Positions 17,622 through 28,125 are shown, counted from the stretch's first letter. The stretch is DNA of 64,000 bases from a bacterium (GCA_016699105.1 CP064960.1:264727-328726); one strand, 5' to 3'. Made by a program: numbers and translations. Notes: generated by a model from the letters alone, not told the origin.

Positions 17622-18746
17622 TTGGGGAAAGATTTTATGAAACTTAGCCTAACACAAGAGAATCTTTCGAAGGCCTTGGCAAGCGTTGGTAGAGTGGTAT
17701 CGACGCGAGCAAGTTTGCCCGTGTTATCTCATGTATTACTAGCAACTGACGGGAATCGTTTACGCTTGTCGGCTACAAATTTAGAAATTGGTATCAACTA
17801 TTGGATTGGATCAAAGGTGGAAGAACAAGGTGCCGTGACGGTACCAGCTCGGTTAGTGAGTGAGTTTGTATCCAGTCTGCCTCATAGCACCATTGAGTTG
17901 TCGGCTGAAGATGCCATTTTGGTAGTAAAAGCTCCCAATTATGAATCGAAAATCAACGGTATAGCGGCAGAGGAATTTCCGGAGATTCCGACGATCACCG
18001 CGGATCCAGTTTTGCAGGTCGAAGCGTCGGCGCTGCGGGAGGCTTTGGTTCAGGTGGTAGTGGCAGCTTCCGCGGACGAGGCGCGCCCAGTACTGGCGGG
18101 GGTATATTTATACACCGAAGAGGATAACTTGTACCTAGTGGCAACCGATTCGTATCGTTTGGCGGAAAAAAGACTACCGCTGGCTAAGGTGCCGGACGAG
18201 GAGCTCAAAGTGATTGTGCCAGCCCGAACCATGCAGGAGCTGATGCGCTTATTGGCGGATGTGACGGAGCCGGTCGAGCTGTACATGGATGAAAATCAGG
18301 TAATGTGGCGGCTGGGTGATATTGAATTGGTGTCCCGGTTGATTGAGGGACAATTTCCGCCGTATCGGGGGATTTTACCAGAGCAAGCCGAAACATCGTT
18401 TGAGATAGATGTGTCTGAATTTATGCGTATTACCAAGGTGGCCAGTTTATTTGCCCGGGAAAGTGCTGGCAGTGTGAAGCTCGAAGTGCAAGCTGAGGGA
18501 CAGGTGCGCGTGGTTAGCGGTGATACTGAAGTGGGTGGCAATACGTCGGCGGCTGATTGTGAAGTCAGTGGTGATGACGCCGTGGTTTCCCTGAATGCGC
18601 GCTATTTGACTGACGCTCTGGGGGTGATGAAAAGCCAGGTAGTGATGTTTGCAACCAGTGGTAAAGACAAAGCCTGTGTGTTATCACCGGCTGGTGAAGA
18701 GGCGGCGGACGATTATCTTCACATCATCATGCCGCTGCGAACATAA
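17622..18746 (+). CDS. dnaN: DNA polymerase III beta sliding clamp
   Basis: 374 aa; begins 'MKLSLTQENLSKALASVGRVVSTRASLPVLSHVLL'; three-domain clamp length; gene order after dnaA. Confidence 0.95.
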   Translation: MGKDFMKLSLTQENLSKALASVGRVVSTRASLPVLSHVLLATDGNRLRLSATNLEIGINYWIGSKVEEQGAVTVPARLVSEFVSSLPHSTIELSAEDAILVVKAPNYESKINGIAAEEFPEIPTITADPVLQVEASALREALVQVVVAASADEARPVLAGVYLYTEEDNLYLVATDSYRLAEKRLPLAKVPDEELKVIVPARTMQELMRLLADVTEPVELYMDENQVMWRLGDIELVSRLIEGQFPPYRGILPEQAETSFEIDVSEFMRITKVASLFARESAGSVKLEVQAEGQVRVVSGDTEVGGNTSAADCEVSGDDAVVSLNARYLTDALGVMKSQVVMFATSGKDKACVLSPAGEEAADDYLHIIMPLRT

Positions 18747-18800
18747 GCATAGTTTACGTAGTCGCTTTGCAGTACAATTAAGGCAACGGATGGAGTACAT

Positions 18801-20486
18801 ATGAAGAAGTTTTTTCGTTGCGGCGCGTTGTTTGGGTCGGCAATACTACTGGCTCTGGCACTGGTAATACCAGTACCGGCTGAAGCAGCTAGTAATACTT
18901 GTGTCTGGACAGGCGGGGGTGGTGATACGAAATTTAGTACGCCAGCAAACTGGTCGGGTTGCGGCGGAGCACCGGTCAATGGGGTCGACCTTGTATTTGA
19001 CAGGACTAACCTAGTCTCGGCTGTTACCGTTGAGAATGATGTCCCAGGTCTAAGTGTCGGTACAATTTATAGCCAGCAGCCAGGTAGTGACTATAGTTAT
19101 TATGAAGCGAGCTTTAGTATAGGTGGTACGAACCCTTTGACGATTACTAAAGGTCTCACCGGAAATGCAGTCATTGCTATCCTGACTCCTGTGATATTGG
19201 GCGGAGATGTATCTATTAGCAGTCGTTGGATCTCGCTTGGCAATGTACTCCTCAATGGGAAGGATCTGACTGTAGATGGATCTCTTGGTAGTGACGGTAT
19301 CATTAGTGGACAAGGCAATATAATCGTAAATGGTGGCATGTATCTCGGCGGCAATAGCACCTGGACAGGAAACTTAACTATTAAAAATGGGGCCGGAGTA
19401 GATATTAGTTCTAACTTTAGTACTGCTCTTGGTGCAGCAACCAATAGTGTCGCAGTTGAGTCGGGAGGTACATTATATATTTGTACGCCGAACGGAGCAT
19501 CAATCCCTCAAAATCTGACTTTGGGGGGTGGCGACGAGTTGGCTTGGCAACTGGAAATTTCGAGCTGCTCTCAGAAAGGCAGTGAAATTTCCGAGGTAGA
19601 GGGATCGGTATCGTTTACGGGTCAACTTACTTTGACTGCCGATACTTGGGCATATACTACCGGGAGTACGACGTTTACCAAACCCATTAAGCCGGGATAC
19701 TCGATCTATCTTGTTGAAGGGTATGCTTTGCCGAATAGCCTGCATGTGTCATATGCAGGAGCGAACGGTGCGGCTAACTCTAGCAATGCCTCACCCACTC
19801 CTAGTACGTCTCCAGCTCCTATGGTCGTCACCGACAATCAGCCATCGACTGATGTGGAATTAGCAAGCGGCGAAGTATTGGTGGTTGACGGCGTCCGCGG
19901 CGAAGTTGTCATTGATGGTGGAACCCTCAAAGGTACTGGTAAAGTCGGTACCGTGACCATGCATGCCGGCGCGGTGGCTCCAGGTCACAGTCCGGGTGTG
20001 CTCCAGACTGGTGCGTTGAATTTTGAGGGTGGCACCTATCAGGTTGAATTAGGTGGAACTGCCAGTGGCGCATACGATCAACTGAAAGTAGTTGGAACAG
20101 TGTCGTTGGCCGATGAAGCTGGCCAAGCGGCGCTGTCGGTGGCTCATTGGCTCACGTTTCGGCCCCAGACTGGTGATGAATTTGTGATCATCGATAATGA
20201 TGGTGAAGACGCAATCAATGGAACGTTTAAGGGACTCGCGGAAGAGGCAAAGCTCGTCGTGGGTGATTTGACGTATGAGATTAGCTACGTTGGAGGAGAT
20301 GGTAACGACGTCACACTAACGGCCGCAAACGTACCGGCTGTATTAGGTAGTAGTGTTGGTGCGCCAACGACGGGTGTCGGTTTTGTGAAAACTCACCCGC
20401 TCCAGACGCTGGTTGTGACTTTGATGGTGAGTGCTGGTTTGGCGGCATTCGGTTTTGGTGTACGCCGCCGCTATGGCATCGGCTAA
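18801..20486 (+). CDS. secreted, probably sortase-anchored surface protein (beta-helix/adhesin-like)
   Basis: Signal peptide 'MKKFFRCGALFGSAILLALALVIPVPAEA'; Gly/Thr/Ser-rich repeats. C-terminus carries a hydrophobic helix plus an 'RRRYGIG' tail, i.e. a cell-wall sorting signal architecture. No canonical LPXTG ('...GAPTTGVGFVKTHPLQT...'). Confidence 0.5.
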   Translation: MKKFFRCGALFGSAILLALALVIPVPAEAASNTCVWTGGGGDTKFSTPANWSGCGGAPVNGVDLVFDRTNLVSAVTVENDVPGLSVGTIYSQQPGSDYSYYEASFSIGGTNPLTITKGLTGNAVIAILTPVILGGDVSISSRWISLGNVLLNGKDLTVDGSLGSDGIISGQGNIIVNGGMYLGGNSTWTGNLTIKNGAGVDISSNFSTALGAATNSVAVESGGTLYICTPNGASIPQNLTLGGGDELAWQLEISSCSQKGSEISEVEGSVSFTGQLTLTADTWAYTTGSTTFTKPIKPGYSIYLVEGYALPNSLHVSYAGANGAANSSNASPTPSTSPAPMVVTDNQPSTDVELASGEVLVVDGVRGEVVIDGGTLKGTGKVGTVTMHAGAVAPGHSPGVLQTGALNFEGGTYQVELGGTASGAYDQLKVVGTVSLADEAGQAALSVAHWLTFRPQTGDEFVIIDNDGEDAINGTFKGLAEEAKLVVGDLTYEISYVGGDGNDVTLTAANVPAVLGSSVGAPTTGVGFVKTHPLQTLVVTLMVSAGLAAFGFGVRRRYGIG

Positions 20487-21236
20487 ACGACAGCGGCTTG
20501 ATGGATTAGCTAGTCCGGTTCGTCGAACTCCGATCGAGCTTCCGGTACCTATACCTACATCTCGACGCACACGAAGGTGGCGGCTGGACTATGCTATCTG
20601 GATAGTAGCCTTCGCGATATTGGCAGGAGGTGCTTGGCTCAGCTATGACGCCTGGCGAGTCAACCGGGTGGTTGAACAGCAGGCTGAACAATTGATGGAA
20701 ACACCTAGTGGTAGTGAGTCTAATAATGTGCCAGTGCCCGATGAAGCTTCTCCACCGAGTGATTATTTGCAGTCATATCGAGTAGCGGCCGATCTACCGA
20801 GAGTATTGCGGATTCCTGGATTAAACGTTGAAGCCCGGGTGATGAGGGTAGGTGTAAACTCAACAATGAACTGATTGCCCCAGCATCGATATATGATGCC
20901 GGTTGGTATGAAAATAGTAGCCGCCCAGGTGATGCTGGTGCGGTGTTGATCGACGGGCACGTGGCGGGTCCAACGAAGCCGGGTGTGTTTGCGAAATTGG
21001 CCAATTTGCGACCGGGCGATACGCTCAGCGTGGAAACGGGCGCCGGTCGACTCTATACCTATAAAGTGATTAAACTCCAGTCTTATGGGGCCGATCGGGT
21101 AGATATGGCGGCGGCGTTAGCTCCCGTGACGCCAGCTAAGCCAGGTTTGAATTTGATCACATGTGCCGGCCAACCTGATGCTCGGACGCATCTCTATGAT
21201 AGGCGGCTGGTGGTCTTTACCGAGCAGGTTAATTAG
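20431..21236 (+). CDS. srt: sortase (transpeptidase), interrupted by one frameshift near 20860-20880
   Basis: ORF 20431..20874 gives the TM anchor and N-terminal part. ORF 20943..21236 gives the catalytic part with the TLxTC motif ('LNLITCAG') and 'RLVVF'. The reading frames join as '...VGVNS|NELIAPASIYDAGWY...'. Confidence 0.65.
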
Positions 21237-21267
21237 ATAACGCCGTCTTTTCAGATACAATACCTGT

Positions 21268-22329
21268 ATGGTGTTAACTCGTTTGGAACTGACTAATTTT
21301 CGCTCGTATACAGCGGCCATTTTTGATTTGCATCCCGAAGTAACGCTGGTGGTAGGGCCAAATGCGACGGGTAAAACCAATTTGCTCGAGGGATTGTATG
21401 TATTGGCAGCCACCAAAAGTTTTCGGGCCCGGGATCGCGATGTTGTCCATCACGAAGCTGATTTTTACCGGATAGTTGCCCGGGGAGAGATGGAAATGGC
21501 ATTGGCTGTTAGCATGGCAGCTGGCGTTAGTAAAAAAGTCACGCATGATGGTGTCAAACGGACCTTGGCGGCGCATATCGGCCGATTACAAGTAACACTA
21601 TTCGAACCGGCTGAACTGACTATGTTACAAGGTCCTCCAGATGGACGGCGGCGGTATCTCGATTTTGTGTTGTGCCAAACTGATCGATCATACCTGTTGG
21701 CTTTGATGCAATACCGGCGCGTGCTCAAGCAACGCAATGCTTTGCTCGATAGTAAACAATGGTCAGTCCCTCCCAGAGACCAGTTGTTTGCCTGGAACGT
21801 TAAATTGGCTGAGCTGGCGGTTGATATCTGGAAAAAACGTAGTCGCTTCCTGGAAGTCATCAACAAGCAATTGCCGCAATTGTATCAGGAGATTGCCGGG
21901 GAACCGGTTCCGGTGTCCCTGGAATACCAGCCGAGCGTCACCGGCGATTACGCGGCCAATTTCCTGGATGAGCTTGAGCGTTGTCTGGATCGAGACTTTG
22001 CCGCTGGATTTACGACTATTGGCCCGCATCGAGAGGATTTCGGGGCCAAGTTTAAGACTGGTCAGGTGGTCAATGTGGCATCACGCGGTGAAGTGCGGAC
22101 GGTGGTGCTGGCGCTCAAGCTGGCGGAGTTGGAGTATGCCCAGGCGCAGACCGGAGTGCGTCCCCTCTTGTTGCTCGACGACGTTTTCAGTGAGCTTGAT
22201 AAGCAACGGCGGGCATATTTACTCGACCGGTTGGGTGGTTATCAAACGGTAATTACGACGACCGATGCGGACGCGGTGACCAAAGAATTCCGCACCGATC
22301 ATAGTACGATTTGGACTGGTGAAGTGTGA
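21268..22329 (+). CDS. recF: DNA replication/repair protein RecF
   Basis: 'LTNFRSYTAAIFDLHPEVTLVVGPNATGKTNLLEGL' Walker A; SMC-like signature near the C-terminus ('LLLLDDVFSELD'). Confidence 0.9.
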   Translation: MVLTRLELTNFRSYTAAIFDLHPEVTLVVGPNATGKTNLLEGLYVLAATKSFRARDRDVVHHEADFYRIVARGEMEMALAVSMAAGVSKKVTHDGVKRTLAAHIGRLQVTLFEPAELTMLQGPPDGRRRYLDFVLCQTDRSYLLALMQYRRVLKQRNALLDSKQWSVPPRDQLFAWNVKLAELAVDIWKKRSRFLEVINKQLPQLYQEIAGEPVPVSLEYQPSVTGDYAANFLDELERCLDRDFAAGFTTIGPHREDFGAKFKTGQVVNVASRGEVRTVVLALKLAELEYAQAQTGVRPLLLLDDVFSELDKQRRAYLLDRLGGYQTVITTTDADAVTKEFRTDHSTIWTGEV

Positions 22330-22627
22330 TTGACTCTAGTTATTTTGACCAGAAACGCCAACAGCTGGGCATGGACAGGGTTGATGTCTTGGAGCGGGTG
22401 CAGCAATTGCTCGATGAATGGTATCCAGGACGCGTCAGAGCCCGCCAATGGCATCGGGGGTACTGCGACTGGTTACACCCAGTGCCAGCGTTGCAGGGTC
22501 GTTGAGAATGCGTCAAATGGAACTTATTGAGTTGGCAGGTCTGACCACGGATTCCCCTGCTACCCCTGACGGATTACCAGCCCGGGTGAGAATTATGATA
22601 AGCATAAGTTCAATTTCGGCTCATTGA
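22326..22627 (+). CDS. DUF721-family (recF-associated, YaaA-like) small protein, frameshifted
   Basis: GTG start overlapping the recF stop. The second frame gives 'GVLRLVTPSASVAGSLRMRQMELIELAGL', matching the DUF721 'DGvL.v.v.ssawaqeL...' core. Confidence 0.4.
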
Positions 22628-22628
22628 G

Positions 22629-23386
22629 CTAATTGATTGGCAAATATTTGCCACCAAATTCGGTGACGCCCAGCGACTCGCGGAAGTACAGTTGGTAGCG
22701 CTCACTGGTATAGCCATTGGCATTGAGCCAGACGACAGCCGCGGCGCGACTGGCTCGAATATATCTAAGGTTTGAAGGATCAGTTGCAGTCGCTAATGGG
22801 TTGGTGAGATTGATGAACATGCTCGTGATAGCGAGCGGTATTTTGGTTTCCAGGGGTTTGGCGCCAGATATTCGATTTCGTAATTATCGGTTATGAGTGG
22901 CAATTTAGTGGTCAGACTAAAATTGGTTTTGAGCTCGTCTGGATTCGTAAATTGAGCATGAATGGCATCGGCGGCAATTTGGTTGGCGGCCGCAGTTGGC
23001 GTTAGTTCTTCGGTTTCAACGAGCTTGAGAAGCCAACGGTTGTTTTTGATATCTGATACGCATAGCAAATATCCATTTGTCGTTTGATGCTGTCCACAGA
23101 AATTGTAAGGCCCGAAACTATACTCTTGAAAACCAGATTGGTCATGCGGGTTGATGCGGAAAATGCTTTTGCCTTGGACAACTACTATCTGACCTTGATA
23201 AACCAAAAAATCCGACACTGATTTGATAGTAAATGCATTGTCTAAACCTTCGTCCTGGATCTTGAAGGTTTGAAGGCTATTGTTGAGCGCATTGAATGCA
23301 CATAGCATTTGATTGCCACAAAACAACAATTTGGAGATTTTGCCTGCTGTTGTGAAGTGTCGAGTAGTTTTACCAGGTGATGACAA
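22629..23386 (-). CDS. hypothetical protein (two ORFs, 22793..23386 and 22629..22820, probably one gene with a frameshift; may continue into 23515..24231)
   Basis: Adjacent same-strand ORFs overlap in different frames; no known motifs. Confidence 0.3.
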
Positions 23387-23514
23387 AACTATTTCGGACG
23401 TATTCTTACTATGGTCTTCTTCCGATTTTTCGGAGAAATAAGCTATGGCAACTGATTGCTCAAATGTGGTGATGGCTGCTGGCTTGGCAGCTTTGGTCTG
23501 TGCGGCTTCGAGCG

Positions 23515-24231
23515 TTATGGTCTGAGGGTCTGTACCAAAACCGGTGTAATACTGAACTTGGGAAAATCAGCATTGTGGACCAAGAAACCGGAAAAATATG
23601 GCGATAAGCGATACTCGATGCCAGATCGCAAACCTTTAATGGATTCAGTTTTGGTCGGTTCAATTTTGCCGGTAAATAGATGCAGTAGAGGCCCGCTGTC
23701 GCCAATGGCTTGGCTGAGGACAATTGTACCAATACTGGTATCTAGGCTATCCATAAAGCGACCACGAATGGCGGTGTATTCTTGATTAGTGTTGGCCATG
23801 GTAGCAGTGGCTGGTGTATGGAGTGTCATGTAATTTTGATTGCCGGTGCAGGTGCTAGTCAACGCAATGTTGGCGATGAGATAGGCACAGTTTCCGGGAT
23901 CGTCGGCAATGACATTGCGGGCAATTTGCGACTGGAGGCCAGCCGTGACGTTGGTTGTAGCTAGGAAAGGAGCGGTATCAGCAAGAAAGAAGCGCGATTT
24001 CATGCCCTGAGTGACGACGATGCGATATGAGCCCTTGGGCACAATTTTGCTATACGAGCTAGCAGACGTTTTAACGGTGGTAGCTTTGCCTCCAGCCTGG
24101 TTTTCGATGGTGACAGAATATTCGCCGGAAATATCCGGAATTGAGATACTTAAGCGGGAGTAATTCCAGAGACTGGCGATAGCTGCAACGAAAGTAATGG
24201 CCAGGGCTAAGATGAGAATTTTTGCTTTCAT
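23515..24231 (-). CDS. secreted hypothetical protein
   Basis: Signal peptide 'MKAKILILALAITFVAAIASL'; 238 aa; last gene of the minus-strand T4SS operon. Confidence 0.35.
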   Translation of the reverse strand: MKAKILILALAITFVAAIASLWNYSRLSISIPDISGEYSVTIENQAGGKATTVKTSASSYSKIVPKGSYRIVVTQGMKSRFFLADTAPFLATTNVTAGLQSQIARNVIADDPGNCAYLIANIALTSTCTGNQNYMTLHTPATATMANTNQEYTAIRGRFMDSLDTSIGTIVLSQAIGDSGPLLHLFTGKIEPTKTESIKGLRSGIEYRLSPYFSGFLVHNADFPKFSITPVLVQTLRP

Positions 24232-24255
24232 AGTGGGTACCTTTCTGGAGAATTA

Positions 24256-25539
24256 TTAGACGCCACCGCGGACATCCCAGTGCCAAGGTTCGCGGGGATT
24301 TTTGAGCTCGTAGAAGCCATATTTTTCGCCATTAGCGAGTAGCCACTTATACATACCAGCGCTGGTGTTAGAGCTAAAACTAAAGTCGATGGCTAACCCC
24401 GTTTGGTGATAGGAGTAGCCGGGTCGGCCGGCCATTGGTGGTCCGATTTTGGCCCAGAGATACTCCTGATGAGCCATGGAACGGAATGTAGATGAGGCGG
24501 CTATATCAAAGTTTCCCCAAGTGTTGGCACTACTGTCGCGATACGCGATGGCATCAGTGATCAGTTTGAAAAGCGCTCCAGAGACGCGCGAGTTGACCAC
24601 AGCGTGGCCATCTCCAAACTGATTACACTCTTGATTTGAACATGGGAAATTAGGAATGGCACAAAGACGAATCTTGATTAATTTACCATCATGGTAACCA
24701 TCATGAATACCGGCGTCGGTGGTGCCGTCAGCACAGGCTATGGCTGTGGAATCGTCGTAAATGTGTTCCCAGTCAATTTCGGCTGAAGCTTGACCAGAGG
24801 TAGAGGGGCAATTCGAGGCTGTAGTGCCGGTAGTTTCGCTGGGGATGGAAGCATCTGGCGTAACTGTGCTCGATGGCGGGAATAAATTCTTTTCTTTGAT
24901 ATATTTAATAACTGCTTGCTGGATGGAAATGTTTTTGCTGACGTAATTGGGGTCGGTGGCATAGCCGGCATTGAAAATGGCAGTTATATATTTGGCAGGG
25001 TCTCCGGGGAAATTGAGGGCCGCGGCGTAGCGGCTATTGGCATGGATGAACTGGCCGTAGCCCGCAAAGCCGGCTTCAGCTGTCGGGTACGCCCGAAACT
25101 TAGCCGATACGGTAACTGTTTGACCATTGATGACTTCTTCGGTATTGAGGGTGACGGTATCGCCGGTCCAGTTGCTACCGGCTTTAATGCCAAAGAAGTT
25201 GTTATATTGCCGAGTGAGGAGTGACCGACCATAGCCTGATTCGAGAGCTGCTTGGGCAATAATTGCTTCGTAAGGAATGCCGTATTGTTTGCCGATAGTA
25301 AAGGCTGCCTGAGCATATTTGTCGATAAACTCAGTGAGTGACAGTGTAGCTTCGGCTGCTTCAGTGTTATTTGAGGTTCCTCCAGATGTTGAGCAGGTTT
25401 CTGCTATATAGTTATCGTACCAATAGGTCTCGTTGGTGACTGAGACATCATCGCGATTCCAGATGGCTTGTGCGACGGGCGCTGTGGCTAGTTGGCTCGT
25501 AATAATGAGGGTGAATATGAGGCTGAGGCGTCTGAACAT
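24256..25539 (-). CDS. bifunctional peptidoglycan hydrolase: N-acetylglucosaminidase (FlgJ/LytD-type) plus M15 (VanY-like) D,D-/L,D-peptidase
   Basis: Signal peptide. 'AQAALESGYGRS...NNFFGIK' is the glucosaminidase signature. C-terminal 'GYSYHQTGLAIDF...EPWHWD' is M15 zinc peptidase. Confidence 0.8.
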   Translation of the reverse strand: MFRRLSLIFTLIITSQLATAPVAQAIWNRDDVSVTNETYWYDNYIAETCSTSGGTSNNTEAAEATLSLTEFIDKYAQAAFTIGKQYGIPYEAIIAQAALESGYGRSLLTRQYNNFFGIKAGSNWTGDTVTLNTEEVINGQTVTVSAKFRAYPTAEAGFAGYGQFIHANSRYAAALNFPGDPAKYITAIFNAGYATDPNYVSKNISIQQAVIKYIKEKNLFPPSSTVTPDASIPSETTGTTASNCPSTSGQASAEIDWEHIYDDSTAIACADGTTDAGIHDGYHDGKLIKIRLCAIPNFPCSNQECNQFGDGHAVVNSRVSGALFKLITDAIAYRDSSANTWGNFDIAASSTFRSMAHQEYLWAKIGPPMAGRPGYSYHQTGLAIDFSFSSNTSAGMYKWLLANGEKYGFYELKNPREPWHWDVRGGV

Positions 25540-25542
25540 GGC

Positions 25543-28125
25543 TTAACTTCCCCACTTGAGTGACTGATACATCTCAGACATGCCAGGCACATCGCCGACT
25601 GGGAAGATTTCTATCTTGTAACCACCTTCATCTTCGTTGAAATAGACATCGTAAATGAACTGACCAGGACCAGAGCCGGCGTTCTTTACCATAAATTCAT
25701 TCATTGTTTTGATGTATTCGGAGTTATCTTTGGTTTGACCTTGAGTGTTGTTGGCTCCCCACTCCGGGAAAGCTAACGGCTTGCCATGGCTGAGAGCAAA
25801 TTGACGCCAAGCCTCGATTCCGATTGGGGATCCATCACTGGTTTTGGCATCATGGGGTGTATCCCAATCGTAGGTATCGGGTCCGACTACATCAACGCAG
25901 GCGTCCCCAGGGTAGGCGGCAATAGGTGTGGCTGCACCACCGAGCGTGCCATCATTAAATGACCAAGTCATTTTCAGACCAGCTGCGTGTGCCATGGTGG
26001 CGACGTTACAAAACGTGGTTTTATAAGCAGCTTCTTCGCCTGGCATGACGGCCCATTGGGAGAAATCCATATTAGCTTCGTGAGCAAAGCGGACAAACGA
26101 CAGACCTTTACCGGCGCGATGAGTCTTGATATTGTTGATGGCTTCTTGCCAACGCGCATTGTAAGCACCACTAGCAGCGGCTGACCATGATTCGCCGTTT
26201 TGTTTGAAGATACCACCAATAGCAACATCGACGGCGCCGTTGAAATAATCATAAGCACTAATATTGCTGGCATCGGTGCAGTCAGGAATATCGCACCAGG
26301 TACCAACGATAGTAACAGGTGATTTGCGCCATGTCCCTAGATTGGGATTCAAATCATGCTTTCCATCCTCGAAGCTAGCGCCAGACATCCAGTTGGCGGT
26401 CAGTGGAGCGCTGGTCTGAACTTGTTCGACGAATCCGCACGGGCCTGGTTCGCCACCGGAGCCGATGCCGCCGTCGTCATTGGAATGGCCGCTGCCGGCG
26501 CACATACCTAGGGCCAGGCCGGTGTCAGTCAGGCACTTGTTAACTTTACTGGGGTCGCGGGCGTCGAAAGTGGTGGCGATCATTGATCGGCCGTCAGCTG
26601 AGGGCAATGCCATTTTACCTTCTGGGGTGACGCAATCGTAGATGTCGATGCGCTTATCGGGACCAGGGTAGTTGCCATTAGTATCCGGTGGACCGTTGAT
26701 GTCCTGAACGGCTACGTTTAGGTTGGTGTCGTTGAGTGTCTCTTTGTCGATAGCATAATGGACGACACCCACCGGCGACTTGAGGCTCGGTGGATCGACG
26801 GCTAAGCTGGCCGGGGTAAACGACTGTAACGTATTAGCAAAGTAGTTAACCGGATGTAGAAACAGCGTCGAAGCAAGGCTCGTAAATTTATTGGTGGCCG
26901 AAGCTGGTGTGGCGGGTAGAGCTGCCAGTAATCGCGATCCCATAGAGCCAGGTGTCTCCCAAGCTAGTAAACTGGCAAAGGGTCCCTGGGCGGCCAAATT
27001 GCGCTGGCGTTCAGCGGCAAACTGAGTGGTCTGCTCATAGCTGGCTTCGTACGATACCATGGCAGCACCGAGGTTATCGCGCAGGAAATTATTGGCAATT
27101 ATTTCCCAGCCGCCATCAATGGCATTGCCAAGAGGTGCCCCCCATTCCCCGTTATAGACGAGCCCAAATATTTTTTCGTAGATTACACCTAGCAATTCGG
27201 CTAAATGCTCGCCAACCCAATTGATGGCATCACTCAACCCCGTGATATCAGCAAAAAAGCTCAGAAGTGCGCCTATGCCCGTATTCCTGACGAAGACCAT
27301 AATAGCGTCGGTGATTTTATCGAGAGCTGTGCGGATAGTACATAGACTCGTGTGTTGGAAGCTCAGGCTGGTGAGGCGGCGGTACCACAGGGTCCACTGT
27401 TCGTACTCAGACATGACACGGCCTTCAGCGGGAATGCCTTGAAATTCTGGCGAACCAGCGTAGGTAACACCGCAAAAACCATAATTATTGGCTTTGGAGA
27501 TGAAATTTGAATCGGTACCGACCCGCTTGTCTTCGGGTATTGTGATACCGCCGTCGACATTGTTTGAATTAGTGCGCTGGTAAGCATTAGACTTTTCGAC
27601 GCCATCAATCATCTGCATCAAGACATTGATTTGGCTGGCCGTAAGCTCATCGGCTTTCATTTGGTCTTTGAGGCTAGCCCATGTTTGAGCGACTGTCACA
27701 TATTGGATCGAGCGTAAGGTCACGCCAAGTTTAAACCAGGTGCCATCCCAGATGAAATGGTCGACGTCGGCCGCTAGTGACACCCAGCCAATGATGGGTA
27801 AACCTTTGAGGGCGGCTTTGGCGGCAGTTTCGCCGATCACTTTTGCCAATATACTTTCGATGACTTTGCCAGATTTGGTTTTGAGGTCTGAATACTGTTC
27901 CCGTAGATTCTTTTTACTCTCGTCTTGGACTTCGCGTTGCTCGTCGTTTCTGGGTGCGGCTGCAACTGGCTTAAATGACGGATCACCATTGGGGTCGCGG
28001 CTTCGGACATATGGATCTTCGTCTTGGCAGTCATCTGGGCTTGAAACACAGCCTAGTGACTCGATGGTTTTATCGTTGGGGCCATCGAGCGCCAATGATC
28101 TCGCTTGAGTTTCGGTGTCATGCAT
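25543..28125 (-). CDS. very large secreted protein with a C-terminal GH26-like (mannanase-type) glycoside hydrolase domain; may be fused to the upstream ORFs by frameshifts
   Basis: The C-terminal ~300 aa contain 'VRFAHEANMDFSQW' (GH26 'RFgHEmN' acid/base motif), 'YPGDACVDVVGPDTYDW' (GH26 'yPGddyVDwvGvDvY') and 'LAFPEWGAN' (nucleophile region). 860 aa. Confidence 0.5.
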   Translation of the reverse strand: MHDTETQARSLALDGPNDKTIESLGCVSSPDDCQDEDPYVRSRDPNGDPSFKPVAAAPRNDEQREVQDESKKNLREQYSDLKTKSGKVIESILAKVIGETAAKAALKGLPIIGWVSLAADVDHFIWDGTWFKLGVTLRSIQYVTVAQTWASLKDQMKADELTASQINVLMQMIDGVEKSNAYQRTNSNNVDGGITIPEDKRVGTDSNFISKANNYGFCGVTYAGSPEFQGIPAEGRVMSEYEQWTLWYRRLTSLSFQHTSLCTIRTALDKITDAIMVFVRNTGIGALLSFFADITGLSDAINWVGEHLAELLGVIYEKIFGLVYNGEWGAPLGNAIDGGWEIIANNFLRDNLGAAMVSYEASYEQTTQFAAERQRNLAAQGPFASLLAWETPGSMGSRLLAALPATPASATNKFTSLASTLFLHPVNYFANTLQSFTPASLAVDPPSLKSPVGVVHYAIDKETLNDTNLNVAVQDINGPPDTNGNYPGPDKRIDIYDCVTPEGKMALPSADGRSMIATTFDARDPSKVNKCLTDTGLALGMCAGSGHSNDDGGIGSGGEPGPCGFVEQVQTSAPLTANWMSGASFEDGKHDLNPNLGTWRKSPVTIVGTWCDIPDCTDASNISAYDYFNGAVDVAIGGIFKQNGESWSAAASGAYNARWQEAINNIKTHRAGKGLSFVRFAHEANMDFSQWAVMPGEEAAYKTTFCNVATMAHAAGLKMTWSFNDGTLGGAATPIAAYPGDACVDVVGPDTYDWDTPHDAKTSDGSPIGIEAWRQFALSHGKPLAFPEWGANNTQGQTKDNSEYIKTMNEFMVKNAGSGPGQFIYDVYFNEDEGGYKIEIFPVGDVPGMSEMYQSLKWGS

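Noticed and set aside
22330-22627. Two small + ORFs (22330..22530, 22418..22627) as independent genes
   Set aside because: Reinterpreted as a single frameshifted DUF721 gene (GTG start overlapping the recF stop). The individual ORFs are not credible proteins on their own.
23456-23785. 109-aa + strand ORF between minus-strand hypotheticals
   Set aside because: Antisense to a continuous minus-strand reading frame that links 23515..24231 with 22793..23386; no RBS or motif support.
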